This document shows, in pieces, positions 8,902-19,336 of a stretch of DNA of 64,000 nucleotides. This DNA comes from an uncultured virus (IMG/VR IMGVR_UViG_3300025108_004750) (Duplodnaviria > Heunggongvirae > Uroviricota > Caudoviricetes), in the IMG/VR virus record IMGVR_UViG_3300025108_004750. One strand, given 5' to 3'. The notes beneath the pieces are model-generated. The model did no database searches and was not told where the DNA came from. It saw only the letters and a list, made by a program, of their open reading frames with translations. Every line of letters starts with the position of its first letter. Within the stretch, counting starts at the first letter, position 1. Position numbers and translations under genes: made by a program.

Positions 8902-10380
8902 ATGGCAAAATCAACAATTAACTTAGGTACAGCCGCAAATGACGGTACTGGTGATAATCTTAGAGCAGGTGCTACTAAGGTTAATGCTAACACAGACGAG
9001 CTGTATAACGCTTTAGGCGACGGAACAAATCTTAAAGATATTGTAAACTCAAGTATGGAACTTGATATACAAAATGACGATTCAAAAATTAACAAAGTAG
9101 CATTTCATGCCGCAACGTTAAACCAAATGAACGCAATTAGCACAAGCACATATCATGGTGCAATGTTACACGTACATGAAGGTGGAACAGTTTATGTTGC
9201 ACATGCAAGTGCATGGCGCAAACTACTTTTAGATGCAAGTGCAGGAGCAATTCCTAACTATACAGATCCTTTAAAACCGGTTGCTTATGTAGGAAACATT
9301 AATAGTTTATCAGATGTTGATACAACATCACAGGCACCACAAACAGGCAACGTTCTTAAATGGGACGGTGGCAAATGGGCACCAGGAACAGATACTACAT
9401 CAGGTGGAGGCGGAACAGACGCTGACACATTAGACGGATTTGATAGTTCATACTTTACAAACTTTGATAACTTAAACAACAAGCCATCCATTCCGGCTTC
9501 ATTAGTTGATTTAAGTATTATTGACGGATCAAGTGGACAAGTTTTATCTGCAAACGGTAATGGAACATTTACTTTTATTACACCAGCGGCTGGCGGACTA
9601 CAAAATATTTTCCAAACAGTTGACGGCGATTCAGGTACTACTACAGCAAATTCACAAACAGATACATTAACAGTTGCTGGCGGTACAAACATTACAACTA
9701 GTGTTGTTGGCGATACACTAACTATTAATTATAGTGGTGATGCACTAAGTGGTGAAGCTAACCAAAACGCATTTAGTAATGTACAATCAGACGCAGGACT
9801 AGCGGCGGCTGATAGTAAAACTGATACACTAACTATTGCAGGTGGTACAAATATTACTACATCAGTATCAGGTGACACAGTTACTATTAACGGAACAGTT
9901 CCAACGTTTGCAAGTTTATCAGATACAGACTTAACAGGCGCAACAGCAGGTAATGTTTTAGTATATGATGGTTCAGACTGGATTGATAGTCCACATACAT
10001 ACGATCAGATTGCATATCCTGCAATGACAATGTTAACTGTAACAGCTGATAGTAATAACGGATATAAGTTTAGTCAATACGGTAATACAGAAGATCCAAC
10101 AATTTATGCTTTAGCAGGTGCAACGATTGCATTTAAAATTAACAGTGGCGCAAATCATCCATTCCAAATTGAAACAAGTGGAGGTTCACCATATAGTAAT
10201 GGACTTATACACGTTGCATTAGATGGAGAAGAGTCAACAGGATCAGATGCACAAGCTAAAACATCAGGTACATTATATTGGCAAGTTCCAGCAAATATTA
10301 GTGGCAATTATCAATATCAGTGTACAGTACACGGTTCAATGCAAGGTACTATTGTAGTGAAAGCATTGAGTGCAATTTAA
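8902..10380 (+). CDS. baseplate-attached fibre protein (gp9/gp10-like N-terminus) with C-terminal cupredoxin-like domain
   Basis: INLGTAANDGTGDNLRAGATKVNAN N-terminus; DTLTxAGGTNITT repeats; LSDVD..VLKWDG; HPF...YQCTVHGSMQG. Confidence 0.75.
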   Translation: MAKSTINLGTAANDGTGDNLRAGATKVNANTDELYNALGDGTNLKDIVNSSMELDIQNDDSKINKVAFHAATLNQMNAISTSTYHGAMLHVHEGGTVYVAHASAWRKLLLDASAGAIPNYTDPLKPVAYVGNINSLSDVDTTSQAPQTGNVLKWDGGKWAPGTDTTSGGGGTDADTLDGFDSSYFTNFDNLNNKPSIPASLVDLSIIDGSSGQVLSANGNGTFTFITPAAGGLQNIFQTVDGDSGTTTANSQTDTLTVAGGTNITTSVVGDTLTINYSGDALSGEANQNAFSNVQSDAGLAAADSKTDTLTIAGGTNITTSVSGDTVTINGTVPTFASLSDTDLTGATAGNVLVYDGSDWIDSPHTYDQIAYPAMTMLTVTADSNNGYKFSQYGNTEDPTIYALAGATIAFKINSGANHPFQIETSGGSPYSNGLIHVALDGEESTGSDAQAKTSGTLYWQVPANISGNYQYQCTVHGSMQGTIVVKALSAI

Positions 10381-10394
10381 GGAAATAGGGATAA

Positions 10395-10952
10395 ATGGCA
10401 ACAGTAATTAACGATAAATTCCAAGCACAAAACGGATTTGAAAGTCCTAACTTTACAGTTGATAAATCGGGTAAGCTAACTGCACCGACTATTGATGTTC
10501 AAAGTATTTTGCTTAACGGAACTCCGTTTGTTGCTTATGTTCCACCTGCAGATGACACAGGTGATGACACAGGTACACAGGTATCAAACAGTTTTGAAAG
10601 CCTTGCTGTAACAGGCGGTGTTTTCAAAGTTAACTATTTAGGTAATACATCATTATCTGTAGTTAATGGTAGACTAACAATTAGTAGTATTGGTGCTTTA
10701 CCAGGTAGTATTGACAATGTAGAAATTGGATATAATACTCCTTCGCAGATTAGAGTACATACAATTGATATGGCGGCTAATCCGGATAGTACAGCATCGA
10801 CTATAAATATGAATGGTGCATCAGTAAAAGGTGATGTTAATATCGCAGATAACGTGGTTTTGATTAACCAGCCTACTGTAGGCACCCACGCAACAAGTAA
10901 AGGTTATGTAGACGCAACGGCAACAGCCCTTGCAGTAGCATTTGGAGCATAA
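10395..10952 (+). CDS. hypothetical virion structural protein
   Basis: HATSKGYVD fibre motif, ends ALAVAFG; in late operon. Confidence 0.55.
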   Translation: MATVINDKFQAQNGFESPNFTVDKSGKLTAPTIDVQSILLNGTPFVAYVPPADDTGDDTGTQVSNSFESLAVTGGVFKVNYLGNTSLSVVNGRLTISSIGALPGSIDNVEIGYNTPSQIRVHTIDMAANPDSTASTINMNGASVKGDVNIADNVVLINQPTVGTHATSKGYVDATATALAVAFGA

Positions 10953-10955
10953 AGA

Positions 10956-13900
10956 ATGGCTAAGAAAAAGATTTATAATTACAAGTTTTACCCAGGACTA
11001 GGATTAAATGATAACTCATATCCGAATGCATGGGCATTGCTTACAACTAACAAAGACTTTATACAAAAAGAAGTTGCGGCTTGGATATTACAACAAGTAA
11101 ACGATAACGCAACAGGATTTGTAGGTTATACATACAGTCAGTCTAAATGTGAAAGAGACACAGGATTTAACATTGACGCTTGGGCACACGACTTACGCTA
11201 CACAGGTAACGAAGAAACAACAAGAATTTCACATACATATTGGGAACAAGATGTTGCACAGGTTGATGGAGACAGAGTAGCAGAAGTAAAAGCAAAAGAA
11301 TTTACACGTGATCTAATTATTAATCACGTATTCACTAACAGTCCACAGTCAACACCATACCAAGGAAACGTAGCACAAGTTACTAACGGTGTAAATGGCG
11401 AAGCCCAAGCTGGCTCACGCATTCAAACACTTTCAGGAATTGTTATAAATGTATTGACTTCGGGTACAGGTGCATTACCAACATTTGAACGTAAAGGCTT
11501 AGGACATGTTAGATTCCAAGGTAACTACGATGCTAGTGACTTATTAATTGTAACTAACACAACTAAAACAGAAGTTATCTATAACTTTACAGATGTACTT
11601 AAAGGTGGTAGAGTAACAAGAGTTGACGATGTTACACCAAGAGATTCAAGTGGCTATGTACCAAAATATGATAGTACTTCATCTAATGAAAATGCAGACA
11701 GCGACTTTCCAAAATACTTACAAGTTACTGATGCTGTTACAATTTTAGATCTTACACATAATACTGAAGGTCAATCAGAAACAGACGAATTACAAATCTT
11801 TATTGACTCGCCAGAACAAATTACAAGACCATATGACTTTGGATCAGACGCTATTGAACGTATGCGTATTGCTCCACCGTTAAGTATGCTTGACGCTGAC
11901 TTTGAGTACGGACTACAGCCTACTAAATGGTCAGCTATTGGTATGATGCGTGGTTATCCAAGTGTTTACGAACTTCCAGGTACTGATACACAAGTGCTAA
12001 GTGTTATTACAGATGCTTCAGCAGGTACAGCAGGAATTGGTTCGTCAAAAATTACAGTTACAACAGTTGGCGCACACGGATTTGAAGCAGGTACTCCGAT
12101 TACAATTAAAGCACTTGAAGATAGTGTAGGTGGAGCGGCAAGGTCAGAAGGTTCTTTTATTATTGACGACATTCCATCAACTACAACATTTACATATTAC
12201 GCTAAAGCAAAAGTTGGTACAAACTCCGGCGAAGTACTTTCAACAACTTATACACAGTTACGTAAAGGTGCTTTCTATACTGGTGCAAGTGTTGGACAGC
12301 CATTGTTTACAGTATTCAGTAATGGTACAAATGGTACTATGACATTAAGTTTGGCGGCACAAACAAGTGAAAACAGATTAGCGTTTACAGGTGATGTACC
12401 AGAAGTTGGTGCTCCAATTGCTAACGCGGCATTTCCAACAGGAACACAGGTTACTGCTATTGCAAGTACTCCAGACGGTAATACATTACCATTAAACTTA
12501 GTAAATGATATTAATATTGGTAATACTGATATTGAAGTTGCAAGTACAACAGGTATTGTTGTAGGACTAGCGGCTGATAACGGTAGCGGAGATGCTATCT
12601 TTGTTAACAACATTGCTGGTACCACACTTAGTATGAGTGGTTCATTTACAAGTCAAATTATACGTAACACAGAAACTTATACAGGTGTAACAGGAACAAT
12701 TACAGCACCTGCAGGTTCAAACGCACAATTTACAATTTCAAGAACTGGCACAGCATATTCAATAGACTTAGTAACACAAGCAGGATCAGGATACATTCAA
12801 GGTGATAAACTATTAGTTACAGGTGATAACTTAGGTGGTACTACACCTGCACATGATGCAACAATATTAGTTACAGCAGTTAACGGTACAGGTGGTGTAA
12901 CAGCCGCAAGTGTAAGTGGAACTGCATTAAGTGGAACTATTGCATACACTGGACCAACAGCAGTATTAACGCAAAACGGTGGTTCAATGGGAAGCACACA
13001 GTTTGATATCAACTATTCCAGCGGAAGTTATACAACAGTAGATGTTAACTCTCCAAACGATTCACAAAACTATACAATTGGTGATAGAATATTTATTAGC
13101 GGTAGTTCTGTATTAGGTGGTGTAGGACAACCTGGTAACCAAAACAATGGCGGAAACGACTTTGTTGCTAGAGTTACAAGTGTTGGCGCTGGCGGATCAA
13201 TTACTGCACTAGTGCCAGATAATGGTGGATGGAGTATTGGTACACCTCCAAGTCAAACAAGAAGTTATAGCTTTGGCGGATCAGACTTAGCATTTACAGG
13301 TGGTTCAGGATCAGGAATACAGTTTGCTATTAATGTAACCAGCGGTGTGTATTCATATCAATCTTTTGGACAAGACGGCACAGGATATACAACAGCAGAT
13401 ACACTTATTTGTAGTGGTGCTTTAATGGGCGGATCAAGTCCAGCTAACGATGTATATTTAAGAGTTGTTTCAGTTAACGGCGTTGGTGGTATCACTGATG
13501 TACGTGTAGAAGGAGCAGACGAATCAACAACACCATCAGCGGCAGACGCTGGCGTATTTGAAAATAAAGGTATGACAGATCTAGTTGGTTCAGGTGCAAC
13601 ATTTGATATTGCAAACGACGGATCAAGCTATAGTACAACAGTTACAGCAAATGGTACAAACTATCATGTAGGTCAAACTTATGTAATAGCAGGTAATTTA
13701 ATTGGCGGATCTACTCCTGCTAATGATGCAACTATTACAGTTGATAGTGTAAACGGTGAAACTGGTGCTATTTCAACAGTAAGCATAACAGGTAGTGCAC
13801 CAGCATTACCAACAGTGTTTACTGGACAAGCAGGTAGTAATGTAGCACATGCAGGCTCAAGCGGAACATTTGATATTACTAGAACTTCAGGTGTATATAG

Positions 13901-16898
13901 TCTTGCTATTAACGCAAGTGGTAGCGGATACGAAATTGGTAACATAATTACTATTCCAGGTAATACACTAGGTGGTGCAACTCCAGCACAAGATGCAACA
14001 GTTATTGTAACAGCCAAAGATGGTAGCGGTGGATTAAGCACAGCAAGTATTACAGGTTCAGCAGTTGCAGGTGGTGGACTAAACTTAGTAAACGGTGTTA
14101 CACTAACAGACTTTACAACAACTACAATTGATGCGGCTACAAGTGTTAACTTTGAAGCACTATCAACTATTGAAATTACATGGCCTTATGCACACGGAAT
14201 TGTGCCAGGTGATACATTTGTTGTTGATGTTAACTCAGATGATGGAGGCTCAAATAATCACTCACTAGCGGCAGGTTCGTTTATTGCAATTAATGTTCCA
14301 ACTAGTAAAAAGATTAGATATAACACAAGAGCTCCAGGATCTGTAAGTGAATTTGATGGCAGTTCTACAGAAGATAGAATCCAAGGTAACGTGTACTTAC
14401 GTCCAGATAGTTTCTTTATTCACAGACCATATGATGGTGGTGTACAATTAGGAACAGGCGGACCACAGCACGGTGCTCAAGCAATTAGACAGAGTAAAAA
14501 ATATATTAGATACCAGTCAGGTAAAGGTATTATGTATACCACTGGTGCATTGTTTGCACCAAGTTATGACGTAAGAACTATTACAGCAGACGGCACAGGT
14601 ATTGGTGCAATCATTACTATTGTAACAGATGATAACGATCACGGCGCACAAGTTGGTGGTAAGGTTAGACTTATTGGTGTTGAATCAGCAGGTTATAACG
14701 GTGAATATACTGTTACACAAATCATTGACGAAAGAACATTAAAATGTTTATCAACACGCAGACTAGGTACACAAAATGCTGTACTAGGTTTTGCGGCACA
14801 GCTGACAGTTGTTGGTTGGCATGGAGCAACAGTCCGTTCAGGTATCTTTGATGATCAAAACGGAATTTATTGGGAGTTTGATGGCTCGAACATTAGTGTT
14901 GCACAACGTACAAGTACAAAGCAAATTGCAGGTACTGCACAAGTTACAGTTGACTCTAACTTAATGATAGGTACTAACACAAGATTTAGAGATCAGTTAA
15001 AAGCTGGTGATAGAATTGTTATCAAAGGAATGACACACGTTGTTGCAAACGTTGATTCACAAACACAAATAACAGTAACACCAGACTACAGAGGTGTTAA
15101 CAATGTTGCATCATGTAAAGTAAACTTAATTACAGATAAGAAAGTTTTACAAGAAGAGTGGAACTTAGACAGAATGGACGGCACTGGCAAGAGTGGATAC
15201 AATATGGATGTTAGATACATGCAGATGATTGGTATTCAATACAGTTGGTATGGTGCTGGTTTTATTGACTGGATGGCACGTGGTGCTGATGGTAACTTTG
15301 TATTCTGTCACAGAATGCGTAACTCAAACGTAAACACAGAAGCGTTTATGCGTTCAGGTAACTTACCAGTGCGTTATGAAGTTACAAACGAAGGTGCATC
15401 ATCAGCTCTTATCGACGACATTGATGCTACACAAACATTTATACCAGTTGTAGAATCTAAGTTCTTCCCAGATAACGGAACAGTGTATATTGATAACGAA
15501 ATTATTAGTTACACAACTATTGATCATACACTAAAAAGATTAACAAACTGTACAAGAGGAACTACACTACAAAACTTCCAAGCTGGTGCAACTAGACAGT
15601 ACAACGCAGGTCCAGCAAGTGGACACGCAGAGCGTACTGGTGTTATTTTAATTAGTAACAGTATTACACCACTTATATCACACTGGGGTTCAGCGTTTAT
15701 TACAGACGGTGGCTTTGATGATGATAGAGGTTACATCTTCTCATACACAGAAACAGGACTAAACATTAGTACAACAAGACAAACAGCGTTCTTACTTAGA
15801 CTAGCACCTAGTGTTAGTAATGCTATTGTTGGTGACTTAGGTGATAGAGAACTGTTAAACAGAGCTCAGTTGCTTATGCAAGGTCTAGAGATTACATCAG
15901 ATGGACTTGATCCTGAAAATTCTAACGCTCCAATTTACGGCGGTATTGTTGTTGAAGGTATTTTGAATCCACAGAACTATCCACTTAACCCAGGAGACAT
16001 TGGTTGGACTGGATTGTCAGGACTAGCACAAGGTGGACAGCCAAGTTTTGCACAGGTTGCATCAGGTGGTTCTGTTAACTGGAACAGTGGTGATACAGCG
16101 ACATATAGTACAGCGGCAGTTATGCCACAGGTTACAACAACAGCACAATTAATGCCATGGTGGTCATTTAGAACAAACAGAAATTACGCATATTTTGATG
16201 CAAACAGTTGGGAAGATTCTAACTTATCAGTTGGTGACCAGGTTAACGCAGATGGCGGAGGAAACGAATACTTCCCACAAGGTACTACAATTCAACAGAT
16301 TGTTGACCAAAGTATTTACGGAAGATACTTAGTTTACTTCTCAGGTAATTCAAATTCAAATTCAGGTAACGGTGCTACACAAACATTCCAAAAAGGTGGC
16401 GATGAATCTAATTCAAACTTTGCATTCTTCCTTAAAAATGTTTGGGACGCGGCTGGTGCAAGATCAGGTACTGAAATTGGTGATGCTGGTGGTGCACCAA
16501 CTAACCAAGGCGATATTAGTATGCCATCATCAAGTTATGTGTCAAATATTGAAGGACCATTACTATTTGGGAACCAAGGTTCGGGTGGTATTGAATTCTA
16601 TAGAGTTAGCTTTAACAACAGTTACAACGGTACACTTAGCCCAGGCGACTTGTACAACTTTAAATTCCAACAACCTCCATACGCACAGCCAGGAGAAACA
16701 GTGTTCTCATTCATTGCTCAACCTGGAGAAAGATCTACATTGGATCTAGGACAATTGAAAGAACTTACAAATACTACACTAGGTGGTAGAGGTACTTTCC
16801 CAAATGGTCCAGACGTGCTTGCATTGAACGTTTATAAAACGTCAGGCGCGGCAGTAGATGCGAATATTATTATTAAATGGGGTGAAGCTCAGGCTTAA
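10956..16898 (+). CDS. giant virion structural/fibre protein (1980 aa)
   Basis: S/T/G-rich beta repeats; KCERDTG..AHDLRYTGN and DADFEYGLQPTKW, RQSKKYIRYQSGK motifs typical of T4-like phage virion proteins. Confidence 0.75.
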   Translation: MAKKKIYNYKFYPGLGLNDNSYPNAWALLTTNKDFIQKEVAAWILQQVNDNATGFVGYTYSQSKCERDTGFNIDAWAHDLRYTGNEETTRISHTYWEQDVAQVDGDRVAEVKAKEFTRDLIINHVFTNSPQSTPYQGNVAQVTNGVNGEAQAGSRIQTLSGIVINVLTSGTGALPTFERKGLGHVRFQGNYDASDLLIVTNTTKTEVIYNFTDVLKGGRVTRVDDVTPRDSSGYVPKYDSTSSNENADSDFPKYLQVTDAVTILDLTHNTEGQSETDELQIFIDSPEQITRPYDFGSDAIERMRIAPPLSMLDADFEYGLQPTKWSAIGMMRGYPSVYELPGTDTQVLSVITDASAGTAGIGSSKITVTTVGAHGFEAGTPITIKALEDSVGGAARSEGSFIIDDIPSTTTFTYYAKAKVGTNSGEVLSTTYTQLRKGAFYTGASVGQPLFTVFSNGTNGTMTLSLAAQTSENRLAFTGDVPEVGAPIANAAFPTGTQVTAIASTPDGNTLPLNLVNDINIGNTDIEVASTTGIVVGLAADNGSGDAIFVNNIAGTTLSMSGSFTSQIIRNTETYTGVTGTITAPAGSNAQFTISRTGTAYSIDLVTQAGSGYIQGDKLLVTGDNLGGTTPAHDATILVTAVNGTGGVTAASVSGTALSGTIAYTGPTAVLTQNGGSMGSTQFDINYSSGSYTTVDVNSPNDSQNYTIGDRIFISGSSVLGGVGQPGNQNNGGNDFVARVTSVGAGGSITALVPDNGGWSIGTPPSQTRSYSFGGSDLAFTGGSGSGIQFAINVTSGVYSYQSFGQDGTGYTTADTLICSGALMGGSSPANDVYLRVVSVNGVGGITDVRVEGADESTTPSAADAGVFENKGMTDLVGSGATFDIANDGSSYSTTVTANGTNYHVGQTYVIAGNLIGGSTPANDATITVDSVNGETGAISTVSITGSAPALPTVFTGQAGSNVAHAGSSGTFDITRTSGVYSLAINASGSGYEIGNIITIPGNTLGGATPAQDATVIVTAKDGSGGLSTASITGSAVAGGGLNLVNGVTLTDFTTTTIDAATSVNFEALSTIEITWPYAHGIVPGDTFVVDVNSDDGGSNNHSLAAGSFIAINVPTSKKIRYNTRAPGSVSEFDGSSTEDRIQGNVYLRPDSFFIHRPYDGGVQLGTGGPQHGAQAIRQSKKYIRYQSGKGIMYTTGALFAPSYDVRTITADGTGIGAIITIVTDDNDHGAQVGGKVRLIGVESAGYNGEYTVTQIIDERTLKCLSTRRLGTQNAVLGFAAQLTVVGWHGATVRSGIFDDQNGIYWEFDGSNISVAQRTSTKQIAGTAQVTVDSNLMIGTNTRFRDQLKAGDRIVIKGMTHVVANVDSQTQITVTPDYRGVNNVASCKVNLITDKKVLQEEWNLDRMDGTGKSGYNMDVRYMQMIGIQYSWYGAGFIDWMARGADGNFVFCHRMRNSNVNTEAFMRSGNLPVRYEVTNEGASSALIDDIDATQTFIPVVESKFFPDNGTVYIDNEIISYTTIDHTLKRLTNCTRGTTLQNFQAGATRQYNAGPASGHAERTGVILISNSITPLISHWGSAFITDGGFDDDRGYIFSYTETGLNISTTRQTAFLLRLAPSVSNAIVGDLGDRELLNRAQLLMQGLEITSDGLDPENSNAPIYGGIVVEGILNPQNYPLNPGDIGWTGLSGLAQGGQPSFAQVASGGSVNWNSGDTATYSTAAVMPQVTTTAQLMPWWSFRTNRNYAYFDANSWEDSNLSVGDQVNADGGGNEYFPQGTTIQQIVDQSIYGRYLVYFSGNSNSNSGNGATQTFQKGGDESNSNFAFFLKNVWDAAGARSGTEIGDAGGAPTNQGDISMPSSSYVSNIEGPLLFGNQGSGGIEFYRVSFNNSYNGTLSPGDLYNFKFQQPPYAQPGETVFSFIAQPGERSTLDLGQLKELTNTTLGGRGTFPNGPDVLALNVYKTSGAAVDANIIIKWGEAQA
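12720..14070 (+). repeat. five degenerate ~80-95 aa repeats within the 1980-aa protein
   Basis: Repeated GxxYxxGdxixixGxxlGGxtPaxDatixVxxv-xgxGgi (e.g. GSGYIQGDKLLVTGDNLGGTTPAHD; GTNYHVGQTYVIAGNLIGGSTPAND; GSGYEIGNIITIPGNTLGGATPAQD). Confidence 0.8.
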
Positions 16899-16903
16899 TC
16901 TTT

Positions 16904-17341
16904 TTAAGGGGTAGTAGTTACAGAACCATCAGCATCATCTTCGGATGGTGCTGTTTCCATTTGTGGCTTAGACTTTTGACTATCACCAGGTGCAATACGA
17001 TAATTATCTTCAACACTATCAGGTGTACTTACTTCAGTAACACTACTTCCAGGTTCCATACAAACTAATTGATGTGGCATTAGTGGCGGATTGCGCCATG
17101 TCATACCTTCTGTAAGTTCTTGTGATTTATACTCAGCAGTAGTTGTGTCAATATAATTTAATAGAAAACGTCCGTTGTTAACAAACCATGTTTCGTCTTT
17201 TTCTTTATGAAAGTGCATACTAAACTTAGAACCAACTTTTTCAAATACCATAATTTTACCACAGTATAAATCATTCGTTGCCCAAATTACTTCGTAACCC
17301 CAGCCTTTGTCTACTTTACCTTCTAGTCTAGTTGGTTCCAT
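16904..17341 (-). CDS. cupin (mannose-6-phosphate isomerase type II-like)
   Basis: KGWGYE, SMHFHKEKDETW, PHQL, EVST...DNYR. Confidence 0.8.
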   Translation of the reverse strand: MEPTRLEGKVDKGWGYEVIWATNDLYCGKIMVFEKVGSKFSMHFHKEKDETWFVNNGRFLLNYIDTTTAEYKSQELTEGMTWRNPPLMPHQLVCMEPGSSVTEVSTPDSVEDNYRIAPGDSQKSKPQMETAPSEDDADGSVTTTP

Positions 17342-18158
17342 TAATGTACTCCTCGATTGTATGCCAGTGTCTTATTGCTATAGCATTATGTAGTTTTGCA
17401 TTATCTGCACAAGTGTATTCTTGATATTGACTTTTTAAATGATCTGGCATTGGAATGTATTCAATTTTTGCATCATATCTTTTAGCAATTAATTTAGCAA
17501 CTTCTTCAACATTAACTGCTTTACTTGTTCCTAAATTAAATACACCGCACGTATCAGTTTCATGCATCATTTTTTCATGTACAACAGCAACGTCATGCAC
17601 ACTTACAAGGTCTCTTTTAAATTTATTGCTACCTTCAAATAGTTTAATTACTCCGTCTTGACTTGCTTGCTTTTGAAACTTACTAACTAGACTCATTTGA
17701 TCACCTTTGTGACCTTCACCAGGACCGTATACGTTAAAGTACCTAAAGTTCTGTACAAGCATACCAAAATTTTCGTAGCCGTTTTCTTTTAAGAATTTAT
17801 CAATTAGGTACTTACTCCATGCATAAGGTGTTTGCGGATAAACAGGATCTGACTCTTTAAAACTAGTGTTGTTACCGTAAACAGCAGAAGTACTTACAAG
17901 TTGAATATTAGTATTATAATTTTCGCAAACTTGTAATAGACGTAATGTAAATTCATAATTATGAGCCCAAACTTTGTCTACATCTCTTTCAGTAGTATCT
18001 GATATTGCTCCACAATGTATTACCCAATCGTATGATGATACGTCTGGAACTACATGTTCAACCCACTCAAAGCCTTCAACTTCGTGGTCTCTTGATTGTA
18101 GATAATTGGCAATATAGCTACCAACAAATCCTTTATGTCCTGTTACTAATACTTTCAT
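17328..18158 (-). CDS. hldD: ADP-L-glycero-D-manno-heptose 6-epimerase
   Basis: VTGHKGFVG, HCGAISDTTE, YAWSK, FRYFNVYGPGEGHKG.Q.S, YQEYTCAD. Confidence 0.9.
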   Translation of the reverse strand: MKVLVTGHKGFVGSYIANYLQSRDHEVEGFEWVEHVVPDVSSYDWVIHCGAISDTTERDVDKVWAHNYEFTLRLLQVCENYNTNIQLVSTSAVYGNNTSFKESDPVYPQTPYAWSKYLIDKFLKENGYENFGMLVQNFRYFNVYGPGEGHKGDQMSLVSKFQKQASQDGVIKLFEGSNKFKRDLVSVHDVAVVHEKMMHETDTCGVFNLGTSKAVNVEEVAKLIAKRYDAKIEYIPMPDHLKSQYQEYTCADNAKLHNAIAIRHWHTIEEYINGTN

Positions 18159-18175
18159 TTGTACCTCTTTTTACT

Positions 18176-18204
18176 ATTATACTATCTTTAATTACCGTTG
18201 TCAA
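18176..18204 (-). promoter_or_regulatory. consensus sigma70 promoter for hldD-cupin
   Basis: Minus strand TTGACA-N17-TATAAT overlapping the hldE 3' end, followed by AGAGG SD. Confidence 0.85.
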
Positions 18205-19336
18205 TCTTTTTAATTATGCTTGTTGTGCTATGTCCTTCAACAGTAGGGAATATAACAACATCAGCTAGATGATTTCCTACCACAGTATCAAAGGTATAGT
18301 CGCCACCTTTTACTATAATATCTGGCTCTAATTTGGTCATTGCTTCCAACGGAGTATCTTCATCAAAAATAATTACATCATCTACAAAACCAAGCTCTAA
18401 GAGCAATTCCTTGCGGGTGTCCTGATCGTTAATGGGTCTTAAATCGCCTTTTAAACGCTTAACACTTGTATCGCTGTTAATACCCACTATAAGCCTATTT
18501 CCTAAGCTGTATGCGTGTCTAAGTAGCTTTAAATGGCCTATATGCAGTATGTCAAACACTCCATTAGTCCATACAACTACATCTTCTAAATCATCTTTTT
18601 TAAGAATATATGTACCAGCATGTTTTACACTTTCTGTCGAACCACGAACAGCAATCTTAATTGCTTTTTCATAATCATGCCCTTTAGTAAGTGCATATAC
18701 AAAACTTGCTAAAAAACAATCACCAGCACCTGTAACATCTGCTACTTCTAAATTATCAACAGGTACTTCATATCTTTTACCATCAATAGTAGCAATAACT
18801 TCTTCACCAGCATTAGTAGTAATAATATTACCCTGCCAATTATCAAATTCTAATGATTCGAATTCACTGTAGTTAGGTTTTACTAACCAAGCACCTTCGT
18901 AGAACCACTGGTTTTCTTTTGGATCTACAATTATCTTACAATTAAATGTATTAATATGTTCAATAATTTCTCTTGCTTCATCTAATACACCTTTGTTGTA
19001 GTCACTTAGTAAAACATAGTCGTATTGAGAAAAATTAGTTTCTTTTACTTGTTTTAAAACTTCTGTTCCGTTTGCTTGTGCGTCATCATCAATACGTGTG
19101 ATATAATGTCCGTCACAAATTATTCTAGTTTTAACACTAACTTGACCTTGTGTTTCAAACATATCAACATCAACGCCTAAACTTTTTAAGTTTTCATATA
19201 CAAGTCCTGCACCGCCTCTTGTTTCTTTTTCTTCAATATAAGTTATTACAGGAACAGGTGCTTCTGGGCTGATACGTGTAGATGTACCGTAGATATATTT
19301 GTCGATAATTACATCGCCAATAACTAAAACTTTCAT
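18188..19336 (-). CDS. hldE: bifunctional heptose-7-P kinase / heptose-1-P nucleotidyltransferase
   Basis: RISPEAPVP, LSDYNKG, DVTGAGD kinase part; NGVFDILHIGH, NSD.SVKRLKG..RP, KGGDY, GHSTT. Confidence 0.93.
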   Translation of the reverse strand: MKVLVIGDVIIDKYIYGTSTRISPEAPVPVITYIEEKETRGGAGLVYENLKSLGVDVDMFETQGQVSVKTRIICDGHYITRIDDDAQANGTEVLKQVKETNFSQYDYVLLSDYNKGVLDEAREIIEHINTFNCKIIVDPKENQWFYEGAWLVKPNYSEFESLEFDNWQGNIITTNAGEEVIATIDGKRYEVPVDNLEVADVTGAGDCFLASFVYALTKGHDYEKAIKIAVRGSTESVKHAGTYILKKDDLEDVVVWTNGVFDILHIGHLKLLRHAYSLGNRLIVGINSDTSVKRLKGDLRPINDQDTRKELLLELGFVDDVIIFDEDTPLEAMTKLEPDIIVKGGDYTFDTVVGNHLADVVIFPTVEGHSTTSIIKKIDNGN

